A model generated the notes under the pieces. The model saw only the letters and a list, made by a program, of their open reading frames with translations. It ran no database searches and was not told the DNA's origin. Of a stretch of 49,573 bases of DNA, positions 27,227 to 37,415 are shown in pieces. Position 1 is the first letter of the stretch. Each line of letters starts with the position of its first letter. A program made the position numbers and the translations under genes. Source of the stretch: a virus (Duplodnaviria; Caudoviricetes); IMG/VR virus record IMGVR_UViG_3300031454_000007, positions 1 through 49,573 of that record. One strand, 5' to 3'.

Positions 27227-27862
27227 ATGAGTTTAGACCATCACGACGACCGCCATAAAGGAATGAGCCGACGCGCCAAAGAGATGGCTCGAGCCGCGAA
27301 GATTTTAGGGCCGGAGGTTCGCAACATTTCCACCTATGACGCTGACCCAAACAAAAAAGTAGAGCTTGCCAAGCTGTTAGCGGCGAACGCTCAGAAGCCG
27401 GGTGTGTTCGGTTACTTTCTGGGTCAACTCACGGTCGAAGATGGCAAAGGCTACAAGCAGCGGGTTGTGCGTGACGGCAGCGTAAAAGACACGCTGCTCA
27501 AGCTGTCTATCGAAGCGCCGAACCTCTTGACTGGCTGGGCAATCAGCGACCTGGCTTTAGCGATGGGTGTAGCTGTAACCGATGATCGGCTCCGCAAACG
27601 CACGAGCGCTATGAGTACCGCTTGTGCCAAAGCAGGGATCGACGTTCAAACCTTCAGGGGTTACTTCAAGGTGCTGACTATCACCGAGGCGAAGATCAAG
27701 CAAGAGCAGCACCGGGCGAACATCGAAGGCCAGATCAAAGCCCGCACCCGAAAGTCAAAACCGCTCAAGGCTAGGAAAATTGACCCGAACGGCAGACAGC
27801 ATTTTGAACTTCCCTGGTGGGAAACACCGCTATTTCGGTCGCTCGAGGGGGGCGCTGAGTGA
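27227..27862 (+). CDS. Basic hypothetical protein
   Basis: RBS AAGGAG before ATG 27227. Confidence 0.65.
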   Translation: MSLDHHDDRHKGMSRRAKEMARAAKILGPEVRNISTYDADPNKKVELAKLLAANAQKPGVFGYFLGQLTVEDGKGYKQRVVRDGSVKDTLLKLSIEAPNLLTGWAISDLALAMGVAVTDDRLRKRTSAMSTACAKAGIDVQTFRGYFKVLTITEAKIKQEQHRANIEGQIKARTRKSKPLKARKIDPNGRQHFELPWWETPLFRSLEGGAE

Positions 27863-28863
27863 ACCTGAAGCTTACCGACATTCGCAGGGACGACAGTGCC
27901 CAACCAAGGGCGATGCTGAACACCGACCACATTAAGGACTTGGCGGACGCCCTCGAGGATGGGGGCGATCTAACACCCGTTGACGTGTTTCATGACGGTC
28001 ACTCCTACTGGCTGGCCGATGGCTTTCACCGCTACAGTGCCTACCACCGAGCAAAGCGCGAAGAGATACCCGTCAACGTGCATGAGGGCGATCTGCGAGA
28101 CGCGGTGCTCTACAGCATCACCGTCAACGCTAAGCACACGGCGCTGAAGCTCACTCGGGAAGAAAAGCGGGCGGGTGTAAGTCGCTTACTGGCTGATGAG
28201 GAATGGGGGCAGTGGTCAGACCGTGAGATCGGCAGACGAGCGGGGGTAAGTGCGCCGACCGTTGGGGCGATTCGTAAAGAGTTACCTATCTGTAAAGTTT
28301 TACAGATAGAAGGGGATGAGCTATCTGCGGAAAATCCGCAGATAGAACGCAAGGTGAAACGCGGCGACTCTGAATACACCATGCAGACGCCTGCGCCTAA
28401 AGCCGACTCGCCAGCAGCGCCAACGCCATCAGCAACCGCTAGCGCCGACCTTTCTGACTATCTAGCGCCGCGCCCCACACCGGGCTACAACCCCGCACGG
28501 CACGCTGACAACTCTAAGCTTGAAGACGATATGCTCGAGGAAGCGGAGATCGTACCGGACGAGCCGCCCGAAGACGAGCCGTACATCCCGCCCTACGTCA
28601 GCAACCCCGTCCGCGAAACGTTCGAGATCAAAAAGTTATCGAACGAGCCGAAATCGAAAGAGCCGCCGTTTGTGGAGTGGTACGTGCTACTCGGCAAAGT
28701 GCAAAGCAAAGGCCACCGCTCGCTGATAGAGGCGCTTAACTCGCTTGAGAGTCAAATGCAAGGGGGAGAGCTGGAGGCGCGGATAGACGGCGTGATCGAG
28801 ATGCTGCGGGCGAGCGTGAAGCAAGCAAAAGTCGAGCGCACGACGTTCACGGTACAATCGTGA
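27859..28863 (+). CDS. ParB/Srx-like N-terminal domain protein with HTH
   Basis: QPR...PVDVF.DG..YWLADGFHRY.A; WSDREIGRRAGVSAPTV. Confidence 0.85.
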   Translation: MNLKLTDIRRDDSAQPRAMLNTDHIKDLADALEDGGDLTPVDVFHDGHSYWLADGFHRYSAYHRAKREEIPVNVHEGDLRDAVLYSITVNAKHTALKLTREEKRAGVSRLLADEEWGQWSDREIGRRAGVSAPTVGAIRKELPICKVLQIEGDELSAENPQIERKVKRGDSEYTMQTPAPKADSPAAPTPSATASADLSDYLAPRPTPGYNPARHADNSKLEDDMLEEAEIVPDEPPEDEPYIPPYVSNPVRETFEIKKLSNEPKSKEPPFVEWYVLLGKVQSKGHRSLIEALNSLESQMQGGELEARIDGVIEMLRASVKQAKVERTTFTVQS

Positions 28864-29195
28864 AATTCATGGAAGAAGACAAAGGAATCACCCTAGCCTT
28901 TACTCGGGACGATGCCCAACAATACATAGAACTGGCTAAAGTCAGCGACAAAAGCCTGGAGGACGCACAGGACATTTTCCGCGACATGCTTAAAGAGGCG
29001 GTAGAGCACCCATTTAGGGATACTTTGCCTGAAAACCTAGAGGGGTTGTTAAGCCATCTCGAGACGCTGCCCTACGTCGATTGCGAACTGCTCCCTAACA
29101 ACTCAAAGGGCGTTATCAAGGGCTGGCTGCTTCACAGCGCCGTCCTGCTCGCCCTCGTCAGCAGCTACTACGAAGTGATGAGTGCTGAGGCATGA
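28860..29195 (+). CDS. Hypothetical protein
   Basis: Coupled on both sides. Confidence 0.55.
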   Translation: MKFMEEDKGITLAFTRDDAQQYIELAKVSDKSLEDAQDIFRDMLKEAVEHPFRDTLPENLEGLLSHLETLPYVDCELLPNNSKGVIKGWLLHSAVLLALVSSYYEVMSAEA

Positions 29196-29299
29196 TCTTT
29201 CAGCACACCCTCGAGCAGGTTCTTAGCGGCAAGAAAACGCAGACGCGCCGCCGCATCAAGCCCGACAAGAGGTTCGTCTATCGGGCGGGGTGCGTCAAA
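29192..29299 (+). pseudogene. ASCH/PUA-like domain N-terminal fragment
   Basis: F...LEQVLSGKKTQTRR motif; the sequence then runs into the convergent ORF. Confidence 0.55.
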
Positions 29300-29752
29300 T
29301 TAACGCTCACCAATCGACTCCACATCCACGGAACCGCTGTCGTCCACAACGCAACTCCAGCCCACTCTAATCGGCACTCCCGAAGCGTTTTCGGTGTGTA
29401 TGAAGGTTAGCCAGCTCCAGCTTTTGTCATCAGAAAAGTACATAGGCTCGGTCCGTTCAGGATTAGAGGGGCCTGGAAACGTGGCTGTGTTTGGTGCGTC
29501 CAGTAGGGCTCTGATTTCACGTTGGCAGATATTTACGACATCCACCACCCCAAGGGGCTCCGGTGTGGGCTCAACCTCTGCCGACAACTCTTCCGGCACC
29601 GGGGCCGCAAAGACGCCATAAACCATAGCGACACCGCCGATCCACGCCAGCGTGCGAGAGCGCTTCCTCTTCCTCGAGCCTTTCTCCGAGCGACGAGCGC
29701 GAACGATGCCGACCACCAGAGCAATAAGCCCTATAAAAGCCATGCCTGCCAT
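29300..29752 (-). CDS. Membrane protein with two TM helices and an acidic extracytoplasmic domain
   Basis: RBS GGAGGG; CQREIRALL..P.TA.FP...NASGV..R..W.C. Confidence 0.7.
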   Translation of the reverse strand: MAGMAFIGLIALVVGIVRARRSEKGSRKRKRSRTLAWIGGVAMVYGVFAAPVPEELSAEVEPTPEPLGVVDVVNICQREIRALLDAPNTATFPGPSNPERTEPMYFSDDKSWSWLTFIHTENASGVPIRVGWSCVVDDSGSVDVESIGER

Positions 29753-30217
29753 ATTTCCCTCCAGCCCAAGTCTCCCACATCCCACCCCACCCGAAAGAGA
29801 GGTTTTCGTGAAGGACGAACTGCTCAAACTGCTCAACGACGACAGCGACGTTCAAAAGGCCGTGCGCCAAATCAGTGCAGGACCCGAGCTGTCAAAAGAA
29901 GAGGTGGTAAACCACCTAGCCGAACTTCTCGGCAGCTTCGGGGAGGACGCTCTCGATAAGAGCCCGGTCGAAACCTAGAAGCTCAACGGCGACGGAGACG
30001 AGACGCTCACTTTTTAGGGCCTTCCGCCGTGCTTCGCTAAGCCCCTCCTTCGTCTGGGGAAACCGCCCCTCCACACACGAACGTAAAGCCTTGACCTCCA
30101 CCATGAGGCTGAGCAGCACAATATCTTTCCCGTTCATATACACCCTTTCTGCGTGTCGCTGGCCTGAGAAACGAGCGACGCGCAGCTCTATTTTGCTTGC
30201 CCTGAAAGGAGGTGGCC

Positions 30218-33200
30218 GTGAAGAAATTTTCATTACAGATTTTGCTCGAGTTGGCCGACAAGTTTTCCGGCCCCCTCAAAAGCGGCCCCATGCGCCGCCT
30301 CGCCGAACTCCAGCGCCAGACGCAGGCCGTCGACCGGGGCATGGACAACCTCTTTACCGGGGGTGCCATCATCGGCGGAGCTGCCGCCTTCGCCGCACCC
30401 CTCGTTGCCGGGACCGTCCAGGCCATCCGCTTCGAGGAGGCGATGGCCGACGTTAAACGGGTGACGGAGTTCAAGCCAAAGGTTTTCAGGGAGCTGTCCG
30501 CCGATGTTTTGCGGCTCTCGCTCCGCATCCCGCTGGCCACGGAAGAGCTGGCGCAGCTTGTCGAGGCCGGGGGGCAGTCCAAACTTTATAAGACCCGCTC
30601 CGAGCTGCTGCGATTCGCGCAGGACTCTGGCAAGATGGCGACGGCCTTCAAGATGTCCGCAGCCGACGCGGGCGGAGCCATGACCGGCTTCAGAACTATT
30701 TTTCGTCTGTCCCAAAATGAGGTTGTATCGCTCGGGGATGCCTATAACTATTTAGGTAACAACATGGACGCGCGCGCGTCCGACATCGTGAACATCGCTA
30801 ACCGGACGGGCGCGACCGCCAAGCTGTTCGGTCTTACCGGGCAGCAGGTAGGCGCTCTCGGTGCCAGCTTCCTGGCGCTCAAGACGCCCCCGGAGGTCGC
30901 GGCGACGGGCGTCAACGCGCTGCTCAACCGGCTGGCCACAGCGCCGCAGCAGACCGAAAAGTTTCAGGGCGGTCTGGCTAGGCTGGGGCTCGAGGCCACC
31001 AGTCTCAAACGGAGTATCGGCACCGACGCGCAGGGGGCGTTACTCGACTTTCTCCAGCGGGTGCGCGGCAGCGGCGACGTGCTCGGCATCCTCACCGACC
31101 TGTTCGGCGCGGAGTATTCCGACGACATCGCCAAGCTCGTGGGCTCGCTGAACGTATACGAAGGTGCTTTGGGCCTGGTCGGAGACCAGTCCCGCTACGC
31201 CGGGTCGATGCAGAAGGAGTACGCGGCGCAGTCGGCAACGACGAAGAATGCGCTAGTCCTGCTACAGAACAACTTCAACGCACTCGGCACTGTTATCGGG
31301 TCGTTCTATTTGCCAGTAATCCGACTCGCGTCTCGCACGATGGGCTACCTGATCGGGCCGATCATCCGTCTGGTCAACGCAAACCCGGTGCTGGCGCGTA
31401 CCCTAGCGTTCGTCACGGCAGCCGTGATTTTGCTGACGATAGCTGCGGGTGTGGGCATCGTGACCATAGCGGGCTTTTCGCTGGCGACCGCACAGGCCCG
31501 TATCGCACTCGCCACGTTCGCCGGAGCCTCGGGAGCGGCAGCCGTGAGTCAGAGCTTGCTGAGCCTGGCACTTACCGGCATCCGCGCGCGGTTCGCCGCA
31601 GCCACCATCGCCGCGCGTTCGTTCGCCGCGGCGATGGTGGCACGCGGCAGCCTGGGCATGGTGGACGACCTCGCCAAGATAGATGGGGCGGGCGGCAAGC
31701 TCTTCCGGCTGAGGGCCATCCTCGGCGTCGTCCGGGGCGGGTTTGTGGCAGCCGCGGGGGCCGCCTGGGCGTTCACAGCCTCGCTGCTCACCAATCCGGT
31801 GTTTCTGCTGATAGCTGCTTTAGTCGCTCTGGGGGCGGGTTTTGTCTACGCCTGGCGCAAATCCGACGAGTTCAGAGCTGGCGTCATGCGCGGGCTCGAG
31901 CCGATCCGTCGGAGCTGGGCAGGATTGAAGGAGGATATAGCGGGGCTAGGTCAAGCTTTCGCCCCGCTAGGCGCGTTCTTCGGGCGAATCCTGGGGCGTA
32001 TGGGGCTCGACTTCTCGAAAGTACAGCGACCGCTCGACGCGCTCCGCTTCGGATTCGGGTTTTTTGTCGGCTTCGTAGGCACAACAGTAGCCATAACCTT
32101 CGGGCGAATTTTCGCGTATCTCATCACCGGGTTCGGTGGGGTTGTTCAGGTTGTTGACGGGCTGGTTACCGCAGCTACCGGGCTCGCAACTCTCGACTTT
32201 CAGAAGATGATGGAAGGTCTTGATAAGGCTCGAGGTGGCGTGGAACAGACCCTTCTTGCGCCGCTCGAGCTGGCCGGGGTGGACTCTAAACAGTTCCGCA
32301 AAGACCTCGGTGGAGTCGAAGGCGTTACAAAGTCCTGGCAGCAGCGTGTGGGGAACTGGCTCGGCGTACCCGCGTCGGTACCCGCCCCCGACACGCAACC
32401 CTTCGCCTTCGGGCTCAATACCGCCATGTGGATCGCAGAGGGTTGGGGCGTGGCGACGAGAACCTGGGTCGGCCAGAAGTTCCAGACGGCCAAAGCCAAC
32501 ACCACCAACCTCCTGGACAGCATCAGGAGCGCGAGCGACGAGGGTAAACCCGTCTGGCAGAGCCTTCTCGACAAAGTGACCGCGCCCTTTGACCTGCCGA
32601 GGGCGAATCGGCGCAACTTCACGCCGAGCCTCGAGAACGCTGCGTCTGTAGGGGCCGAGCTTTGGGCGACCGTCAAGGCGCAGTTCCCAGCCTTCGCGCT
32701 GCCCGCACTCAACCGGGCCGAGAGCTTCGTTTCGAGTCTTGCTGGGGCCGAGACGGCGGGGGGTGACGCCTGGGGCCGTATCAGGCAGCTCTTCCCCGCC
32801 TTTAATCTCCCCTGGGTTAAGCGGCTCAATTTTGACACCAGCCTGACTGAAGCTGAGGGGAGCGGCAGCACCATCTGGGGGCGTGTCGCCTCGCTGCTAA
32901 AGGTCGCTATCCCCATCCCCGGCGTTGACGCCTCGGCAATTCAGACGAGCCTCCAAGGGGTGCTCGACACCATCACGGGCTTCGGGCCACAAATGCTCGA
33001 GGCCGGAAAGTCGCTAATCGGTAGCCTTATCGACGGCTTTAACGAGCGTGTGGGCGAGCTGACAGCGTTTCTTGACAAACTCAAGTTCCCGTGGCAAAAG
33101 GATAAAGCCGAGGGCGGAGCGCCCGCCTTACCCACCCCGGCTGTAGCCGCCACCTACACGCCGCCCGTGGCGAACAGGACGACGACACCCTACGCCATGA

Positions 33201-34189
33201 GGCCGCCCACCGTCAGCGGTCTACCCGGTGCGTCGCCCCCACCGACCGTACCGGGCGATTTCACACAATCTCTGGGCGCGGTAGCTCCCGCTTCGCAGTT
33301 AGGGCAAATGCTGGCGTTGGGGTTCGCAGACGGAATCTTCACAAACCAAGACGTGGCCAAGTACGCCGCTCGGGAGATGGCGGCAGGCACGATTACCGAG
33401 GTGCAGAGGATGCTCGACAGCCACTCACCCAGCCGGGTGTTTCGGAAGCTCGGGCACACCATCCCGCAGGGGGTAGAGGGAGGCGTGAGGGACTTGGCGG
33501 GCCGCGCCGTCGGCGCTGTGCGGGCTATGGCGGTTGCCACCGTGGCAGCCGGGGCTATCAGCCTTCCAGCTATTGCAGCACCAGCTGCCCCTAACCTTCC
33601 CGTGGTCGAGCAGCAAATAGCTTACCGGGGAACCCAGCCGCCCACGCCCGCACTAGCAGCCCTGGAGAGGCAAATAGCCTACAGGCAAGGTCAACCACCC
33701 GCACCCGCGTTAGCAGCTCTCGAGCAACTGATTCCCCTCCGGTACGGTCAGCCACCGGCCCCGGCGTTGGGGGTACTCGAGCGTCGAATCGCCTTGCAAA
33801 ATACCCAGCCGCCGATGCCTCCGCTTGAAAGGCTCGAGCAGCAAATCGGCTATAGGACCACGCGACCTCCGACCCCTACTTTGCCCGACTTTACGCAAAA
33901 AATCGGCTACAGACCCGTACCGTTACCCGTGCCCGTCGCGCCTCAACCTGGAGCACCCGAGCTACCCGACCGCTACGCCGTGGCCAAAGTACCTGCACTC
34001 GAGCGGTCGGCAAACCGGAGGCAAGAAGCGCCCAATGGGACGGCACCCGGCGCAGAAAAAGGGGCTCAGATTGTCCACAAGCACCATCACAGCAACACCT
34101 TCACTCTCGATATGTCCGGCATAAACAGCAAAGACGACTTCACGACCAAACTCGAGAACTTGCTCGAGTGGTTTGGGGACGACGAATGA
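30218..34189 (+). CDS. Tail tape measure protein (TP901-family core)
   Basis: FEEAMADVKRV, LGNNM.A, PEVAATG, LFGAEY, HSPSRVF; RBS AAGGAGG. Confidence 0.93.
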   Translation: MKKFSLQILLELADKFSGPLKSGPMRRLAELQRQTQAVDRGMDNLFTGGAIIGGAAAFAAPLVAGTVQAIRFEEAMADVKRVTEFKPKVFRELSADVLRLSLRIPLATEELAQLVEAGGQSKLYKTRSELLRFAQDSGKMATAFKMSAADAGGAMTGFRTIFRLSQNEVVSLGDAYNYLGNNMDARASDIVNIANRTGATAKLFGLTGQQVGALGASFLALKTPPEVAATGVNALLNRLATAPQQTEKFQGGLARLGLEATSLKRSIGTDAQGALLDFLQRVRGSGDVLGILTDLFGAEYSDDIAKLVGSLNVYEGALGLVGDQSRYAGSMQKEYAAQSATTKNALVLLQNNFNALGTVIGSFYLPVIRLASRTMGYLIGPIIRLVNANPVLARTLAFVTAAVILLTIAAGVGIVTIAGFSLATAQARIALATFAGASGAAAVSQSLLSLALTGIRARFAAATIAARSFAAAMVARGSLGMVDDLAKIDGAGGKLFRLRAILGVVRGGFVAAAGAAWAFTASLLTNPVFLLIAALVALGAGFVYAWRKSDEFRAGVMRGLEPIRRSWAGLKEDIAGLGQAFAPLGAFFGRILGRMGLDFSKVQRPLDALRFGFGFFVGFVGTTVAITFGRIFAYLITGFGGVVQVVDGLVTAATGLATLDFQKMMEGLDKARGGVEQTLLAPLELAGVDSKQFRKDLGGVEGVTKSWQQRVGNWLGVPASVPAPDTQPFAFGLNTAMWIAEGWGVATRTWVGQKFQTAKANTTNLLDSIRSASDEGKPVWQSLLDKVTAPFDLPRANRRNFTPSLENAASVGAELWATVKAQFPAFALPALNRAESFVSSLAGAETAGGDAWGRIRQLFPAFNLPWVKRLNFDTSLTEAEGSGSTIWGRVASLLKVAIPIPGVDASAIQTSLQGVLDTITGFGPQMLEAGKSLIGSLIDGFNERVGELTAFLDKLKFPWQKDKAEGGAPALPTPAVAATYTPPVANRTTTPYAMRPPTVSGLPGASPPPTVPGDFTQSLGAVAPASQLGQMLALGFADGIFTNQDVAKYAAREMAAGTITEVQRMLDSHSPSRVFRKLGHTIPQGVEGGVRDLAGRAVGAVRAMAVATVAAGAISLPAIAAPAAPNLPVVEQQIAYRGTQPPTPALAALERQIAYRQGQPPAPALAALEQLIPLRYGQPPAPALGVLERRIALQNTQPPMPPLERLEQQIGYRTTRPPTPTLPDFTQKIGYRPVPLPVPVAPQPGAPELPDRYAVAKVPALERSANRRQEAPNGTAPGAEKGAQIVHKHHHSNTFTLDMSGINSKDDFTTKLENLLEWFGDDE
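33608..33930 (+). repeat. About six 57-nt (19-aa) coding tandem repeats in the TMP C-terminus
   Basis: Units start at 33608, 33665, 33722, 33779, 33836, 33893 (EQQIAYR...QPPxPALxxL). Confidence 0.8.
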
Positions 34190-34794
34190 GCCAGTACCTG
34201 AGCTTCGTCGCGGGCGAGGCGATCAGTCTGGACGGTGGGGTACTGCCAGGCATTGTCACCGGCATCGACATCACCGGCGAGTTCGACGTGGAGAGGAAAC
34301 GGCTCGAGGGGCGCAGCTTTCGGCTGGCGCTCGCTAAAGGCTATAAGGACGCGGTTGTCATCGTGACGCTCGAGCTTTTGCCGCCGGATGAAATGGGGCA
34401 GGTCAAGGCGCTCGAGGCGGCTTTCAAAATCAACTTCGCGGGTGCGAAACCTAAACCACAGCGAATCGTGAATCCGTTTTTGGATGCTCGCGGCGTCACC
34501 GCCGTGCTGTTCAAGCGGTTGGTCACACGCCAAACCAACCAAGATGACGCCCTGCTCTGCGAACTCACCTTTGTCGAGTTCGAGCCCGTCATCGGCAGCC
34601 TCGAGGCACGAAACAAACCCGCCACCAAAGCTGGCCAGCAGGCGCTACCGAGCGGGCAGGGCGGGGGTGGTGGGGGAGCTGCACCTCAAACACCTGAACA
34701 AAAAGGTGTGGCTAGAGGCGTTATGACTGCCGAAAACGCCGCCAACTTCATCCCCAACCTTTTTGGGCTTCCGAGTAACGGCGGTGGCCGATGA
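34186..34794 (+). CDS. Tail tube initiator-like baseplate protein
   Basis: Follows the TMP with ATGA coupling; LDG..LPG, ELTFVEFEP. Confidence 0.6.
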   Translation: MSQYLSFVAGEAISLDGGVLPGIVTGIDITGEFDVERKRLEGRSFRLALAKGYKDAVVIVTLELLPPDEMGQVKALEAAFKINFAGAKPKPQRIVNPFLDARGVTAVLFKRLVTRQTNQDDALLCELTFVEFEPVIGSLEARNKPATKAGQQALPSGQGGGGGGAAPQTPEQKGVARGVMTAENAANFIPNLFGLPSNGGGR

Positions 34795-35519
34795 CCGTCC
34801 TCGCTTACCCCGTCGCCCAGCTCGGCACCGACCCCACCGACAGCCTCCAGGTGTCGGCCTCGCTCGCGGTCCCCTGGCGCACGCTCAACGCCGAGGGGCG
34901 AGCGGTCAGGGGTGAAGTGGTCGCCTACGCGGGCTATCACGACCCCGGAATCTGGGAGGTTTTCAAGGGCGAGCCCGACACGCCCAGAGCCGAATGGACC
35001 GACGAGGGGAAGGTGACTGCGCGCGGCCTTCCGGCGCTCCGCAAGCAGGTAGGCCCGATGTTCTTCCAGGACGCCGACCTCCAAACCGTCCTCAACTGGA
35101 TAGGCTCGCAGGTCTCGCAGCCGCTACAACTCACCGTCCAGGGCGCGACCCGGCGGCACTACAGCGTCACAGCAGGAAGCGCCTGGAGCGTCGTCAAAGC
35201 TGCTCTGCTTAGCTGGCGGAGGCTCGACTATGTGGCGATAGAACTCGACGACTACTCCCTATATATAGGTCCCGAGGCTCAAAGTCCGCACGCGACCGCA
35301 CCGACGCAGGCAACACTCGAGCACATGGTCAATATCTACGAATTCAAGGCTGGGAAGGCCGGTGCTTACATCGTCTGCCCCGCCTATCCCTGGCTCCGGG
35401 TCGGGCACCGCGTCACACTGACGCACCCCGTCGTCAGCGGAACAGCGCGAATCACGGAGGTGGTACTCGAGATGAACCGGCGTGATACCGAGAGCCGATT
35501 GGAAGTTGAGATGCTATGA
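34791..35519 (+). CDS. Baseplate hub protein (gp27/gpD-like)
   Basis: Position; AGY...VFKG, P.LR.G..V pattern. Confidence 0.6.
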   Translation: MTVLAYPVAQLGTDPTDSLQVSASLAVPWRTLNAEGRAVRGEVVAYAGYHDPGIWEVFKGEPDTPRAEWTDEGKVTARGLPALRKQVGPMFFQDADLQTVLNWIGSQVSQPLQLTVQGATRRHYSVTAGSAWSVVKAALLSWRRLDYVAIELDDYSLYIGPEAQSPHATAPTQATLEHMVNIYEFKAGKAGAYIVCPAYPWLRVGHRVTLTHPVVSGTARITEVVLEMNRRDTESRLEVEML

Positions 35520-36292
35520 CCGGCGACGAAATGTTGGGGCGCTTCAAGCGCATGACCCTCGAGCTTTTCCCCGAGCTGCGCGGCACCCACCTGCCCCTGA
35601 AGGGCCGCGTAACAGCCGTTCACGGCGAGGCTGGGAAGGTCAATGTCTCCTCTAACGGCAGCCGCCGCTACAGCGTGGACATCAAACCGCTCCACCCGGA
35701 CGGAGCCGAGGACAAAAGCCGCCCGACGCTCAAGGACGTGCCGCTCGACGTGCCCTGGTCGGGCGACAAGCGGGGTGTGTTCGCGTTGCCAAAGGTCGCG
35801 TCTATCGTCCGGGTTGGCTTCTACGGCGGCTCGTCGGCGCACCCCTACATCGACGGCATCCTGCCCGACGGCTCAGTAGTCCCGGCGGTCGAGCAGGGCC
35901 AGTACCTTATCCAGCTCAACGACCAGATGACGTTTCTTCTTGACGACGAGGGGGTAAAGATTAGGGTAAAAGACCCCAACGCCAAGGTAGTCGTAGAGGC
36001 CGCCGGGGACGTGAGCGTCAAGAGCGACATGAACGTCTCTGTGGAGGCGGCGCTCGAGGCGACTGTTAAGGCAGGCACGAGCGCGACCGTTGAGGCGGCG
36101 ATAGACGCGACCGTCAAGGCCGGGGTAAACGCGAAGGTGCAGGCAGGTGTCAAAGCGGCTGTGGAGGCCCCGCTAGTCGATCTCGGTGCGGCCCCAGCGC
36201 TGGGAATAGCATACGAACTTGGGCTTGTAACCACGGTGGTTGGACCAGCGGTAATACAACTCGGCTCGAAGACATGCAAAGTGACGCCTTAA
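35516..36292 (+). CDS. Baseplate spike protein (P2 gpV-like)
   Basis: OB-fold with G.FALP.V...V.VGF..G....PYI; 8-aa beta-helix repeats (V.A...A.). Confidence 0.82.
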   Translation: MTGDEMLGRFKRMTLELFPELRGTHLPLKGRVTAVHGEAGKVNVSSNGSRRYSVDIKPLHPDGAEDKSRPTLKDVPLDVPWSGDKRGVFALPKVASIVRVGFYGGSSAHPYIDGILPDGSVVPAVEQGQYLIQLNDQMTFLLDDEGVKIRVKDPNAKVVVEAAGDVSVKSDMNVSVEAALEATVKAGTSATVEAAIDATVKAGVNAKVQAGVKAAVEAPLVDLGAAPALGIAYELGLVTTVVGPAVIQLGSKTCKVTP

Positions 36293-36819
36293 TGGCCTCC
36301 CAGGCTGATATAGACGCCTTCGGCGAGAGCCTCGCAGACGACGTTTCCACAGCGGAACGGACATATCCGCCTGCAGTCATCACGCCGGAGGCGGTCGAAA
36401 ACGTGATCCGTCCGTGGGTCATGAAGCGGGGCTTTGCCAAAGCCTTCGCCACTGCCCTCGACCCACCCTGGTTGCCGGTCGCGCCGAAGACCTCATCGGA
36501 CCCCGAAGCCGCCAAGTTTGGCACCGGCTGGGCAAACAACACGACAGGCTGGGCGCTGGCCGCCTACCGCAAGATTGCGCTGTTAGGGAAGGTCGAGCTG
36601 CGCGGCTACATCCTCACGGCGTCGGCGGCGAACACCCTCATCATGACGCTGCCGCCGCTCCTGCGACCCGCTCAAAACGAGCTGTTCGCCACGGTCATCG
36701 ACAACCAACCCGCCACCATCAACGTCTGGATCGACGGCACCGTGTCGGTTTACTTTGCCGAGGCGACGACGCGGCAGATCGTGACGCTCTCGGGAATCTC
36801 TTGGAAGGTGGCAACATGA
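36292..36819 (+). CDS. Putative receptor-binding/fibre-tip domain protein
   Basis: TAATG coupling; GW.N...AYRK...VELRG.I...TLP..LRP...V..DG.V pattern seen in fibre tips. Confidence 0.6.
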   Translation: MASQADIDAFGESLADDVSTAERTYPPAVITPEAVENVIRPWVMKRGFAKAFATALDPPWLPVAPKTSSDPEAAKFGTGWANNTTGWALAAYRKIALLGKVELRGYILTASAANTLIMTLPPLLRPAQNELFATVIDNQPATINVWIDGTVSVYFAEATTRQIVTLSGISWKVAT

Positions 36820-37415
36820 TCCGGGACTGGGCCTGGAACGATGGCGACTTCGTTCTCTCGGCGAGTGGCGACGTGGCTGTAGTCGGCGACGTCGCCACGG
36901 TCGGCGAAGGGCGAGTGGTCGCCCAGGACCTGCTGGCGCGGCTTATCAGTCCCAGGGGAAGCCACTGGGCACATCCCGAAGACGGCCTCGATTCACAGCA
37001 GTACATCCAGGCGACCGCCGACGAGCTAACCCTGCTCGCGTTACGCCAGGACATCGAACTCGAGGTAGCCCGCGACACTCGGGTGAGGCGCGCAGTGGCG
37101 GAGGTTGAAACGCCGGACCTTCGCACCGGCCTCGTGCGCGTCGAGGCCGAACTGAGCGACCGCACCCTAGCCATGAGTGCGCCCCTGCCCTCGAACTTGC
37201 CTGCTGCCGAGCGTGAGTACGGCACCTTCTTTATCGCCGGACAGCAGGGCGCAGTGCTCGAACTTGCCGCCAACCGCGTCGGCTCTTTTAAGGAAACCGA
37301 CGAGTACATCGAGTTTGTAGACATGAACCCGGCGCACTTCTTGGGCACCAAAACGGTGGTGCTGACGGTGAACGGCGTGGACTACCCGATTGAGGTGGTG
37401 AAAATAAATGTCTGA
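36816..37415 (+). CDS. Baseplate wedge gp25/gpW-like protein with a C-terminal extension
   Basis: QDL..RL..P.G..W.HPE.G, D.RV; directly precedes gpJ. Confidence 0.7.
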   Translation: MIRDWAWNDGDFVLSASGDVAVVGDVATVGEGRVVAQDLLARLISPRGSHWAHPEDGLDSQQYIQATADELTLLALRQDIELEVARDTRVRRAVAEVETPDLRTGLVRVEAELSDRTLAMSAPLPSNLPAAEREYGTFFIAGQQGAVLELAANRVGSFKETDEYIEFVDMNPAHFLGTKTVVLTVNGVDYPIEVVKINV

